Origin: an uncultured virus (IMG/VR IMGVR_UViG_3300031687_001114)
Taxonomy: Duplodnaviria; Heunggongvirae; Uroviricota; Caudoviricetes
Reading direction: 5' to 3' (one strand)
DNA: 64,000 nt
Virus record (IMG/VR): IMGVR_UViG_3300031687_001114
Coordinates: 1-64,000 of that record
Shown: piece after piece, positions 28,332 through 36,802 of the stretch
How positions within the stretch are numbered: position 1 is the stretch's first letter
How the letters are laid out: each line of letters opens with the position of its first letter
Made by a program: the position numbers and the translations under genes
The notes under the pieces: model-generated
What the model saw: the letters and a program-made list of their open reading frames with translations, nothing else
What the model was told of the DNA's origin: nothing
Databases searched by the model: none

Positions 28332-29966
28332 TCATAGCAATGCTTCTGCCTCTTCACATTGTTGCCAAAATTGATGCATCTCTGGAAATGTTGCTAAGAA
28401 ATTTGTGTCTCTTCTTGCGTCATGTTCGCTAAAGAATTTAAAAAAGTCTGCTCTGTCTCTTCTTAACTTATCACTATCGATGTCTTGTTTCATTATATCT
28501 AAGTTACGTTTTGCTTTAGCAATTTCAAAATCTTTAAAACCTCTGTAGTCTACATAGTCTTCAGTTGCTTTGTTATCTTCCATAAATTGAATTGCTTCCT
28601 GCATGTAGTCACAATACTCGCTAGGTAGTACATGTATACTTTGCCATGCTGGTGCTCTAAGCAATGGAATGTCAAACCATATACGTTGCTCCGGAACTTC
28701 CCAACCCATTGCAAACTGGTTCTCTTTACTCCACTTATCTCTAAGGTCTAATATTCCTTGTAGGAATTCTGTAAAACTTGTAACACTTAAACAGTTAAAC
28801 GTGTTAATAAAATTAATACTAGTAAATCTAGTTTCGTCTAAAAACCTATGACAGTTATTCCACACAGTATCAAATACCATACCATTACGCATATACTCTG
28901 CTTGTTCGCCCCAACCATCTAAACTACAAAACACACTAAAGTTATGATATGCTTTGTCGTTGTATTCGTAAATATATGTGAAACTATTGTTATCCTGTTC
29001 TTCGCATTGTCCAACTTGCATAAACGTTTGCGGTATCTCTTCTCGTTCTATTACTGCTAAGTTGCTGTCGTGATAACGTTTTGCATCAGCGCCAATTATA
29101 GCATGATCCCATGTTTGCCAATCTGTGCCGTCTAGTGGATCTGCTACATATACTTCTGCACCATGTTGTACATTATCTAATCTCTTAACTGAATCTAAAA
29201 ACTTTACAAACAATGCATCGTTGGCAGGACACATGTTTGTTGTTATACTTAATTCTAAATCTTTATTTGGATTTGCTAATACATAATCTAATACTTTAAA
29301 AGTATTCTTATCCATTAATGGCTCACCACCAGTCATACGAAACACACGAAGTGTTTTATACATCTCGGGCCACCACTTCCAAAACGCTGTAACGTATGGA
29401 TTAAGATCCTGTTTTACTTTTAATGGCATTAAGTTTTTTAGTGCAAGACTGTCAATATTATTATGTGGAGCAGTAGTTGGATATTCCCCAAACTCGTCTA
29501 TCTCTTCTTGCCATGCTGTACTTAAATGTGGAGAACAATAACTGCACTTGAAGTTACATGCTTGATTAAAGTTTACTTCTACATAACGTGGATTGATGTT
29601 GCCACTAGCACCAGCATCTAAAATATCTTCTTTACTTTCTTGTGCCCAATACTCGCCACTGCGATATACTCTGTCACTTCTTGCACCCGTATCTTCTATG
29701 TCCCAACAATAACTACAGCCATCTGGTCTCTCGCCTTTAAGCATTTGTCTGCGTTGTTCTTTCTTTTCTTTTGTGTTATGTAGTGCTGTTGGATTATCTT
29801 TTAACTCATCTAACGGAATTGAATGTGTAGGCGGATGATAGCAACTGTGTGTTTGACCATTTGTTAAGTGCATAGATACCTGAGACCATTTAGCATAACA
29901 CATGCTAGGACTAATATTATCTAGTTGCTCTTTAGCCTTATCAGCGGCTTGGTCGTATATGCTCAT
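28332..29966 (-). CDS. Radical SAM protein, C.AKW/SCYHP N-terminal subtype (#8), internal insertion
   Basis: CYAKW...SCYHP...CSYCW; CNFKCSYC; TGGEPLM; TTN; SLDG. Confidence 0.92.
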   Translation of the reverse strand: MSIYDQAADKAKEQLDNISPSMCYAKWSQVSMHLTNGQTHSCYHPPTHSIPLDELKDNPTALHNTKEKKEQRRQMLKGERPDGCSYCWDIEDTGARSDRVYRSGEYWAQESKEDILDAGASGNINPRYVEVNFNQACNFKCSYCSPHLSTAWQEEIDEFGEYPTTAPHNNIDSLALKNLMPLKVKQDLNPYVTAFWKWWPEMYKTLRVFRMTGGEPLMDKNTFKVLDYVLANPNKDLELSITTNMCPANDALFVKFLDSVKRLDNVQHGAEVYVADPLDGTDWQTWDHAIIGADAKRYHDSNLAVIEREEIPQTFMQVGQCEEQDNNSFTYIYEYNDKAYHNFSVFCSLDGWGEQAEYMRNGMVFDTVWNNCHRFLDETRFTSINFINTFNCLSVTSFTEFLQGILDLRDKWSKENQFAMGWEVPEQRIWFDIPLLRAPAWQSIHVLPSEYCDYMQEAIQFMEDNKATEDYVDYRGFKDFEIAKAKRNLDIMKQDIDSDKLRRDRADFFKFFSEHDARRDTNFLATFPEMHQFWQQCEEAEALL

Positions 29967-30610
29967 ACGGTAATTCCGTGCGTTTTGAAGAACGATTTCA
30001 TGAGATGGCTGATTAATGTTACTTCACCATTCATAGTTTCGTATTCGGAGTCATCCAGATCTCCATTGATAATTCTAGCAGTTGCCTCAGCCCAGAGCTC
30101 TGGTGCCTGGTCCATGCCGCCAGGACATATTCCGTATGCGTTGTTGTTAGGCTCGATTGCAATACATTTCATTAGTTGTTGCTCTGCCGATCTAAGATAC
30201 CTGTATGAAAGGTTCTCGAAGCCATACTCTCTTCTACCCAAAGTAACAGAACTAGTGATAAAAATAAATTGTTTACAATGACTTAAGATATCATATATAG
30301 CTAATTTGCCATACATTGTTTGTTGTAGGTTGTCGTCATTTTCCTTTTTAAAAGTTTCAACATGATCTAAGTAATATGTGTCGGCAACATTCCTACGCTT
30401 ATATTTTGGTGTAGCACCACCAACAACTCTCTGATTAAATACTACCACATCTGGATCAGGGTATTTACTAAACTCTGTTTCCATCTGTGCCGGGTCAGTA
30501 TAGTCGAGAGTATCTCTACCTAATTTAATAACGTTGTGTCCGGAACCCGTTAGATAGCCAGCAATTGACAAAGGATATTGTGTTGTGGATCCTATTAAGT
30601 ATATAACCAT
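29963..30610 (-). CDS. Divergent SDR/Rossmann-fold protein
   Basis: YLIGST, DVVVFN, FITSS, YLRSAE, ICPGG; catalytic YxxxK not intact. Confidence 0.5.
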   Translation of the reverse strand: MVIYLIGSTTQYPLSIAGYLTGSGHNVIKLGRDTLDYTDPAQMETEFSKYPDPDVVVFNQRVVGGATPKYKRRNVADTYYLDHVETFKKENDDNLQQTMYGKLAIYDILSHCKQFIFITSSVTLGRREYGFENLSYRYLRSAEQQLMKCIAIEPNNNAYGICPGGMDQAPELWAEATARIINGDLDDSEYETMNGEVTLISHLMKSFFKTHGITV

Positions 30611-30615
30611 GTTAG

Positions 30616-31611
30616 TTACAGCAATCCTTTTTCTAAAAGTTCTTGTATTTGTTTTTCTCTAACCATTGCACCCCAACGTTTAGGATTAACAAAAGTCTTC
30701 TTAAAGAATTTACACATGTTAGGATTTGGATCGAACAACATCATATCATTAATTTCTTCGTTTAATGTTACACCGATATCCTTGATTGCTATCTCTAACA
30801 TCTCAGGATTATGTGATACTTTAGTGTAAGGGCAAACGACATTGCCTGGGAAACGTGGTAGCACTTGGTTACTAAAGAAATCACTAAACCAGTCATAGTC
30901 TGATATTAAATTAGTATCCCATTCAGTTAATACAGTCATTTGGCATCCAAGCCTTGCTCCGTATATAGCCCACATGCCGTTGTCTATATCACTTCCAATG
31001 TTACACCATGTTTGTAATCTGTTATAGTTCTGCCACCATATCTTATCTTTAAATTCATCTGGCTTTACACGAACACCTTGGTCGGTACTCATTTTAACGC
31101 CTTCTCTAAAGCCTGCTCTGAAGGCTTGAAACGGACTTGCTGTTTGATGTACTTCACTGAATGTGTCGTTAAGTTGTATGTAATCTAGCTTCCAACAAAA
31201 CTCCATACCCTCACCATCTTGTGCGGACTCATGAGTGTTAATTGTTTTAGTATATTCTGTGGGCCAACATTTAAGTCCACCATTACCGTACACTAAACCG
31301 TTTAGAATGTTTTTAGCATTCCAACTAAAAATACATTTACTGATATCATTACCATCATGATCTGTCTCAGGAACATCTAATACTTGTTCGAAGAAATCAT
31401 CCATAACAATATTGTCACCGTCTACTGTGATAAATCGTTCTGTTTCTGATTGGTTAGCACATGCCTTGTGAGCGGCATCGAATCCTGTAACTCCGTGTAC
31501 TCGTTTAGCCCATGGGACCTTGTTTAACAAGTCTGCCCAATGTTCTTCTGCATTTGGCTCGTCATAGCTGATGTAAAAGATATCTAATTCTGTTACGTCT
31601 ATTTTCGCCAT
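30616..31611 (-). CDS. Phage glycosyltransferase (GT-A fold, GT2-like)
   Basis: DIFYISYDEPNAE, GVTGFDAAH, TVDGD (DxD), YGNGGLK, AFRAGFREGVKM. Confidence 0.7.
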   Translation of the reverse strand: MAKIDVTELDIFYISYDEPNAEEHWADLLNKVPWAKRVHGVTGFDAAHKACANQSETERFITVDGDNIVMDDFFEQVLDVPETDHDGNDISKCIFSWNAKNILNGLVYGNGGLKCWPTEYTKTINTHESAQDGEGMEFCWKLDYIQLNDTFSEVHQTASPFQAFRAGFREGVKMSTDQGVRVKPDEFKDKIWWQNYNRLQTWCNIGSDIDNGMWAIYGARLGCQMTVLTEWDTNLISDYDWFSDFFSNQVLPRFPGNVVCPYTKVSHNPEMLEIAIKDIGVTLNEEINDMMLFDPNPNMCKFFKKTFVNPKRWGAMVREKQIQELLEKGLL

Positions 31612-31636
31612 ATGATGTATCCTGTGTTAGTGTAGT

Positions 31637-32254
31637 TTATACTCTAACGTATTTATCATATATTTTGGAGGTGTATATACTAATGTCGGTAAAATTAGCA
31701 AGTGTATGGGGTAATGTAACTGTTTTATCTTTGTGTAATGCAATACCGTCGACTATAAATTTCTCTATTACAAAATGCGGGTCGCCTTTTTCTGTTGCAT
31801 AAAATTTTAAATTATGCTTTGTTTTATTCTTTTTAATTGTGTTAGCATGTATCTTTACTGTAATCTCTTTTGCAGTCAGGCTTACTTTTACATCAAACGC
31901 ACTACCATTAAAGCCTACGTAGGATTTAACTTCAGTTAAAAAGTTTCCGTTAGTAGTAACTTTGTCACTAGTGTAAGTCTTTAATATAATATGGCAAACA
32001 CCATGTTCATCTCGTTCTATACTGAACTGGGCCATTCCCTTTTTACGTTCATCAATAATTTTACAATCAATAGTTTTAAGTTCTGCAACAGCATTGTCAC
32101 CGATAGATTTTGCTTCAGGCGGCTTAGTACTTTTATATAATATGTCACCATCATCATTGTATACCAAATAAGTAGTATCGTTTTCTGATGCAATTACTTT
32201 TGCTAAACTACCTTTCTCTTGTTTAAGTAGAGCTAATCGTTCACCTGGAGTCAT
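31637..32254 (-). CDS. Hypothetical protein (205 aa)
   Basis: ORF with AGGA RBS; no recognisable motif. Confidence 0.7.
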   Translation of the reverse strand: MTPGERLALLKQEKGSLAKVIASENDTTYLVYNDDGDILYKSTKPPEAKSIGDNAVAELKTIDCKIIDERKKGMAQFSIERDEHGVCHIILKTYTSDKVTTNGNFLTEVKSYVGFNGSAFDVKVSLTAKEITVKIHANTIKKNKTKHNLKFYATEKGDPHFVIEKFIVDGIALHKDKTVTLPHTLANFTDISIYTSKIYDKYVRV

Positions 32255-32263
32255 AATGTTTTC

Positions 32264-33127
32264 CTATTGGAGATAGTCGCTTTCTAGCTGTGCAACCATA
32301 TCCTTTGTTAGCCATTCCTTTGAAACATAATGAAACGGGTGTGTTATTTGGAAATTGCCTATCTTAAAATCTTTGTAAGACTTATAATATGTAGGCAATG
32401 TTTCAGTCCAATCGGTGTGTACTAAACTTGTTGGAATATTTTGTACTTCGCTTTTCATGTGTATAAACGTAGGTAGTTCTGTCATGTGGTCTGCTGTACA
32501 CTTATCTTTTATTCCTAAGATATGCATAGCAAGGCTGAATGCCACATCTGCACTTAGCCAGTCTGGTTTTCCTTTTGGCATATACTTAAAGTACATACGT
32601 TCCCAATTATGGAATATAATCTCTACCATCTTGAAAAACTCTGTTGCAAGGTCTGACTTTTTAAAATAAAAGAATGCTGTATAAACATTTGGCATATCAT
32701 TTAGTTTTAAGGACTGCCTGTAGTGTGTATCGTATACATGTTCGTCTCTATATGTTTTTACATTAGTACAAGACCATATATCCTTTTGTGCTAAAATATC
32801 CCACCACTGACTTACATCTGTAGGGAACAACATATCCGTGTCTAGTATTACTGTCTCATCATACGGAGTCATGTAATAGTATTTCCACTTGTTATTAATT
32901 TTCCATTCTTTATCTTCAGCATCATCTTCCCAAGGTATATCCACAATGTGATCAAATACTTTTTTGTGTTTTGCTGTAATAAGTTTTTTAGTCCTAGCGT
33001 CAATACACACCGTAAGATTGTTTACAATGCCCTGTGTTAGCTTTAAGTTCATTGCGAGTGCATACGCCTGCTCTAGATAATCTACAGTGCCGTTGTTTTG
33101 TGCTATTACAATGTAACCCTTACTCAT
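32264..33127 (-). CDS. Glycosyltransferase (GT-A, GT8/mannosyltransferase-like), paralog A
   Basis: TPYDETVILDTD (DxD), YTAFFYFKK, SADVAF, FIHMK. Confidence 0.7.
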   Translation of the reverse strand: MSKGYIVIAQNNGTVDYLEQAYALAMNLKLTQGIVNNLTVCIDARTKKLITAKHKKVFDHIVDIPWEDDAEDKEWKINNKWKYYYMTPYDETVILDTDMLFPTDVSQWWDILAQKDIWSCTNVKTYRDEHVYDTHYRQSLKLNDMPNVYTAFFYFKKSDLATEFFKMVEIIFHNWERMYFKYMPKGKPDWLSADVAFSLAMHILGIKDKCTADHMTELPTFIHMKSEVQNIPTSLVHTDWTETLPTYYKSYKDFKIGNFQITHPFHYVSKEWLTKDMVAQLESDYLQ

Positions 33128-33806
33128 TTTCTAATAATCTCTGTGTGTCTTTCCAGTTTGTAACTGCGAACACTTGTTCTGGTTGTAGTTGTACTGCTAG
33201 AGGATAATCATTTCCTGCAGGGTCAACTCTGTCGCCATAAAATTTAATTGAGTCTATGTCGAAGTCTTTTAATATTTGAGACTTATCACATCCCTTTTTA
33301 AATATATCTATACCTGTCTCACCGCCAACTTTTGCACTTAGCTCTGGGAAACGTGTATTAAATCTTTCAGCAATAGCAGTTCTTTCTTGCACTATTAAAT
33401 CGTATTGATAGTAGTGTTCTCTTTGTTGTTTGTTTGCATGTCTACCCACAACACTAAAGTTAACCATGCCGGTTCTCTCTTCTATGTGTAAGCCTGTTTG
33501 TGTTTGCCATTTGCTGTTATCTAATTCGTTTACTAGAAAGAAGCCTGATTCAGCTGGCAACTTCCAATCATTATGACTAAGTTGCTCGTCTTTAGCATAC
33601 ACATCATTACCACTACAGTTATAAACTCTCATACATGCGTTGTAAACTTCATCGCCAATTTGTTCTATTGTCTTTGGTCGGTCACTGCCTGTTACTAAAA
33701 TTACACTATGGGTTTTAGCAAACTCTAAAAACTGTTGTTTAAACTCAGCGTCTATTGTTCCTCTACTAGGAGTTAGTGTGCCATCTACATCAAAGATATA
33801 ATTCAT
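33120..33806 (-). CDS. Phosphomannomutase, eukaryote-type HAD-IIB family
   Basis: FDVDGTLT, VTGSD, IEERTGMVNFS, GGETGIDIF, DK, FYGDR, GNDY; start MNYIFD. Confidence 0.85.
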   Translation of the reverse strand: MNYIFDVDGTLTPSRGTIDAEFKQQFLEFAKTHSVILVTGSDRPKTIEQIGDEVYNACMRVYNCSGNDVYAKDEQLSHNDWKLPAESGFFLVNELDNSKWQTQTGLHIEERTGMVNFSVVGRHANKQQREHYYQYDLIVQERTAIAERFNTRFPELSAKVGGETGIDIFKKGCDKSQILKDFDIDSIKFYGDRVDPAGNDYPLAVQLQPEQVFAVTNWKDTQRLLENE

Positions 33807-33910
33807 GTGTGTGTTACTTCTTTTTTCTTTTATTGAACTGTTTATTAGCATTACGTTGCCAACTCCATTCGAAGAATTTACTAATTGCGTTGCTTATCAT
33901 TCGTTGTAAT

Positions 33911-34153
33911 TCAAACATCTTTCTTCCACGTTGAGGGATCGCCCCAACTAATTAAATCGTTTATAGCAGACTGGCATCCGTGAATGTAATCTCTATCTTC
34001 TTCGCTTAGTACTGACCAAGCGTAGGTAACTTTGTCTATCATCGCTGTTACTTCTTCTGGATGATCCAGGTGATAGTTGCTTTCCATACATGCTTGAATC
34101 TCATCCATTCGCTTGTCTAGTTTTTCTCGTAACTTCACTTTACTGGTTTCCAA
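33911..34153 (-). CDS. Hypothetical protein (80 aa)
   Basis: ORF track; start uncertain. Confidence 0.55.
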   Translation of the reverse strand: METSKVKLREKLDKRMDEIQACMESNYHLDHPEEVTAMIDKVTYAWSVLSEEDRDYIHGCQSAINDLISWGDPSTWKKDV

Positions 34154-34302
34154 TCTTCTTTAAATAAACAAAATCTAGTTTGCCCATCCTTTGTTTCGTA
34201 CACAAACTGTGTTGCTAATAGTTGTACAACTTTGCCCGTGTTAGTTCTATTAAACCCAGACTCGTGATGCACTATAACATCTTTAAGATTTGGCTTTTTC
34301 AT
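34135..34302 (-). CDS. Small hypothetical protein (55 aa, MKKPNLKDVIVHHESG...)
   Basis: Read manually; GAGG RBS; fills the gap between ORFs. Confidence 0.55.
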   Translation of the reverse strand: MKKPNLKDVIVHHESGFNRTNTGKVVQLLATQFVYETKDGQTRFCLFKEDWKPVK

Positions 34303-34420
34303 CTTGTTCCTCTTCTCGTAAGTCTTCGCCTTCCTTACCTCTAGTGCGATTACCGTCCGAATTTAATTCTGTTAAATCTTGTTGCTTGTTTTTTTGATTG
34401 TGTTCTTCTTCACATGACAT
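34283..34420 (-). CDS. Small charged hypothetical peptide (45 aa, MSCEEEHNQK...)
   Basis: Read manually; overlaps both neighbours. Confidence 0.35.
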   Translation of the reverse strand: MSCEEEHNQKNKQQDLTELNSDGNRTRGKEGEDLREEEQDEKAKS

Positions 34421-35309
34421 GGCTTAGTAACTCCTTACTTACTCTATTTATCGCCCACTTGTTCATAACATGTATATCTACGCCACGCCATCTACATAAC
34501 ATAAAGTCGCCTAGACTTTTTGGCTTCTCTAAGTAGAATATTAATTCATTTTTCTCTGGAGAGGAATGTACATCGTCGGTATCAAATGTTTTATAAAGTG
34601 CAGGCACCGGAAGTTGTGGAACTCCTTTCTCTACAAATCCGGATAGCATGTGTGCGGCTACACTAAAACTGTAATCATTACGATATAAGCCACCGGGCCA
34701 TCTGTACAGTTCTTGGTAGTATTGAGTGTTGTCTCGTACATGTCGTACGGTATTAAAAAACTGTTGTGCATAGTTAGACTTTTTAAAGTAAACTACTGTA
34801 GCCCAATACATAGTGATGCCAACAGGACTCAAACGTTTAAGTGAATCGTCATTACGTTCTGACATAATGTCTTCGTAGTTCCAGTTCATCATTAATTCGT
34901 TGTCGTGTCCCCAACACTGATTTAATACATCACTCATAACTAAGTAGTCTGCATCTATTAGTATTGTTTCATCATATGGACTTAGGTCGTAAGCATCACA
35001 TCTATCTATGTTATAAAACGGAAGTGATGTACTTTTGTGGCTCGTATCTTTGTATGAGCGTCTGTTAATGTTCTTGAATGCTTTGTCTTTAGTTGTTATA
35101 ACAATATTTGATATAGCATTGTGTATGAAATCGTAACCCATTTCATCTAAGTTATAATCATAACTGTATTGGTTTGTAACAACTGTGATATTATCTATAC
35201 CTAAGTTTTCTTTGATATAGTATGCATTTATAGTTGCTAACTTTAGATAATCTATTTCCTCATTGTTATGAGCAAATATTAATATGCCTTTACTTGGAGT
35301 TGTCATCAA
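34410..35309 (-). CDS. Glycosyltransferase (GT-A, GT8/mannosyltransferase-like), paralog B
   Basis: SPYDETILIDAD (DxD), WATVVYFKK, RNDYSFS, HVMNK; clear paralog of 32264-33127. Confidence 0.7.
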   Translation of the reverse strand: MMTTPSKGILIFAHNNEEIDYLKLATINAYYIKENLGIDNITVVTNQYSYDYNLDEMGYDFIHNAISNIVITTKDKAFKNINRRSYKDTSHKSTSLPFYNIDRCDAYDLSPYDETILIDADYLVMSDVLNQCWGHDNELMMNWNYEDIMSERNDDSLKRLSPVGITMYWATVVYFKKSNYAQQFFNTVRHVRDNTQYYQELYRWPGGLYRNDYSFSVAAHMLSGFVEKGVPQLPVPALYKTFDTDDVHSSPEKNELIFYLEKPKSLGDFMLCRWRGVDIHVMNKWAINRVSKELLSHVM

Positions 35310-35658
35310 GTTCCATATCCACCAGCTTATGAACTTTTCTGCTTTTCTTTATTTTGGAATATTCGTAATGATATTCGTTGGTAGCTTCAAAGTACCTTGA
35401 TAGAATCTCTTCTAAGAAATCATCTAGCCCGACAATTTCAATTGGATTGTTATACACATCTAACAGTACTGCTTTAGTGTGCCCTTGTGTTATTAATGTC
35501 TGTACAAACGATATAAGCATTTGAGAAATCTCAAACGTACCACCGTTAGTACTGTAACTTAATAGTGTTTGCACTTTAGATCGAAGTGCGTTGTGTTGTA
35601 CGTTTAGAGTTAATCTATAGTTCGCGAACTCTAATGCTTTGGTTAATTTAGAAGTCAT
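35290..35658 (-). CDS. Hypothetical phage protein (122 aa)
   Basis: First gene after the terminator; ATAAATA 5 nt upstream of ATG. Confidence 0.75.
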   Translation of the reverse strand: MTSKLTKALEFANYRLTLNVQHNALRSKVQTLLSYSTNGGTFEISQMLISFVQTLITQGHTKAVLLDVYNNPIEIVGLDDFLEEILSRYFEATNEYHYEYSKIKKSRKVHKLVDMELDDNSK

Positions 35659-35663
35659 AGCTA

Positions 35664-35670
35664 TATTTAT
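35664..35670 (-). promoter_or_regulatory. T4-late-like element ATAAATA heading the enzyme cluster
   Basis: Minus strand ATAAATA-TAGCT-ATG immediately after the terminator U-tract. Confidence 0.65.
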
Positions 35671-35675
35671 CAGTC

Positions 35676-35707
35676 AAAAAAAAGCCAGTTACTGTGAACT
35701 GGCTTTT
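35676..35707 (-). terminator. Rho-independent terminator after structural genes
   Basis: Minus strand AAAAGCCAGTT-CACAGT-AACTGGC-TTTTTTTT: perfect stem followed by U8. Confidence 0.85.
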
Positions 35708-35721
35708 AAATTTATATCTTA

Positions 35722-36768
35722 TTACAAGTTACTTATTGCTGATGTACCAGGTTGTGCTAATGTTATACCATTGTTTGCTCGTTTAGTAGTACAAGTACTT
35801 GAAACTGTACCGTCTACACTATCAACATAACCGACTGAGTCATCACTGTTACCGTCAACACCATCCGCTCCAATACCATCGCCTAATGCGTGATCATCTC
35901 TAAGTGTTGCTTTGAATGTTATAGCTGTTGGGTTAGTAGTGCTGTTAACTTTAGCAACTAATTGGTAGTAGTTACTTGCATATGAACTAGAACCATACTT
36001 GATATACATCTGTACATACGAAGTAGTCAATTCATAAAAGCCTTTACCGGCACTTGTACCTGTTGAACCTGAACTAGTTAAGTTGTTCAAGTTAAAAGTA
36101 AGTGTGCCCATTGCACTTAATAGTGCTGTCCAGTTACTATTCTGTGAACCAATTGTTCCTGCGGCTGAACCTGATGTTCCTCCTGACCTTGAAGAAGAAA
36201 AATTAATTTCTCCACCTGCATTAAAGAACGCTCTACATTGTGCTTCACTGGCAAAGCTCACTGAAAATTCATGTGTTACTTCTGGTGTTGATGAGCTTCC
36301 CCATCCTGATGTTCTACTTGAGGTTGCTAACGATTCTGAAGTTAAACTTCCACTTGGTACACTAAATCTGCTATCAAAACATGATTTAGCATCTGCCATT
36401 AAGTTAGACCAGTCAGTTGATGAAATACCATCACCTGCCGCTGAATCTGAAGTACTTGAAGAATTTAATGTTAAGCCAAGGAATGTACCTACCGCTTGAA
36501 TCTCATCCTGTAAATTTTTATATCCATTGTCTGTGCTACTTGCTCGGATAAGCTCTCCGCCTGCCGCATCCAACGAACCAATTGATTGGTCGTAACCATA
36601 AATTGAACTTGCTGTGTATGTGCCCAATGTATGATCTGCAGGAGTACTTAACTGCCTGTAGACATTGTTTTTCATTCCATCGTAATCAGCGTTACCGATT
36701 ACATCACCAGCGACCACTTGGGTCATTGTGTGTCCACCGGATACTGTTAAAGTGCTTCCACTTGCCAT
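35722..36768 (-). CDS. Ser/Thr/Gly-rich virion structural protein (348 aa)
   Basis: Composition, RAFFNAGG motif, position after tail fibre, ATAAATA (36796-36802) and GGAG RBS upstream. Confidence 0.65.
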   Translation of the reverse strand: MASGSTLTVSGGHTMTQVVAGDVIGNADYDGMKNNVYRQLSTPADHTLGTYTASSIYGYDQSIGSLDAAGGELIRASSTDNGYKNLQDEIQAVGTFLGLTLNSSSTSDSAAGDGISSTDWSNLMADAKSCFDSRFSVPSGSLTSESLATSSRTSGWGSSSTPEVTHEFSVSFASEAQCRAFFNAGGEINFSSSRSGGTSGSAAGTIGSQNSNWTALLSAMGTLTFNLNNLTSSGSTGTSAGKGFYELTTSYVQMYIKYGSSSYASNYYQLVAKVNSTTNPTAITFKATLRDDHALGDGIGADGVDGNSDDSVGYVDSVDGTVSSTCTTKRANNGITLAQPGTSAISNL

Positions 36769-36802
36769 ATTAAACTCCTACTAGTTTCTTACTTATATTT
36801 AT

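Noticed and set aside
28945..29170. Possible mini-intein in radical SAM #8 (insert ends near His-Asn)
   Set aside because: HN is followed by Phe rather than Cys/Ser/Thr, there is no N-terminal Cys/Ser block A, and the insert is too short
708..35658. Queuosine/7-deazaguanine DNA-modification cluster (QueE-type radical SAM)
   Set aside because: No folE, queC, queD or dpdA-like genes, and the radical SAM proteins are far longer than QueE with extra Cys domains; other DNA modification is not strictly excluded
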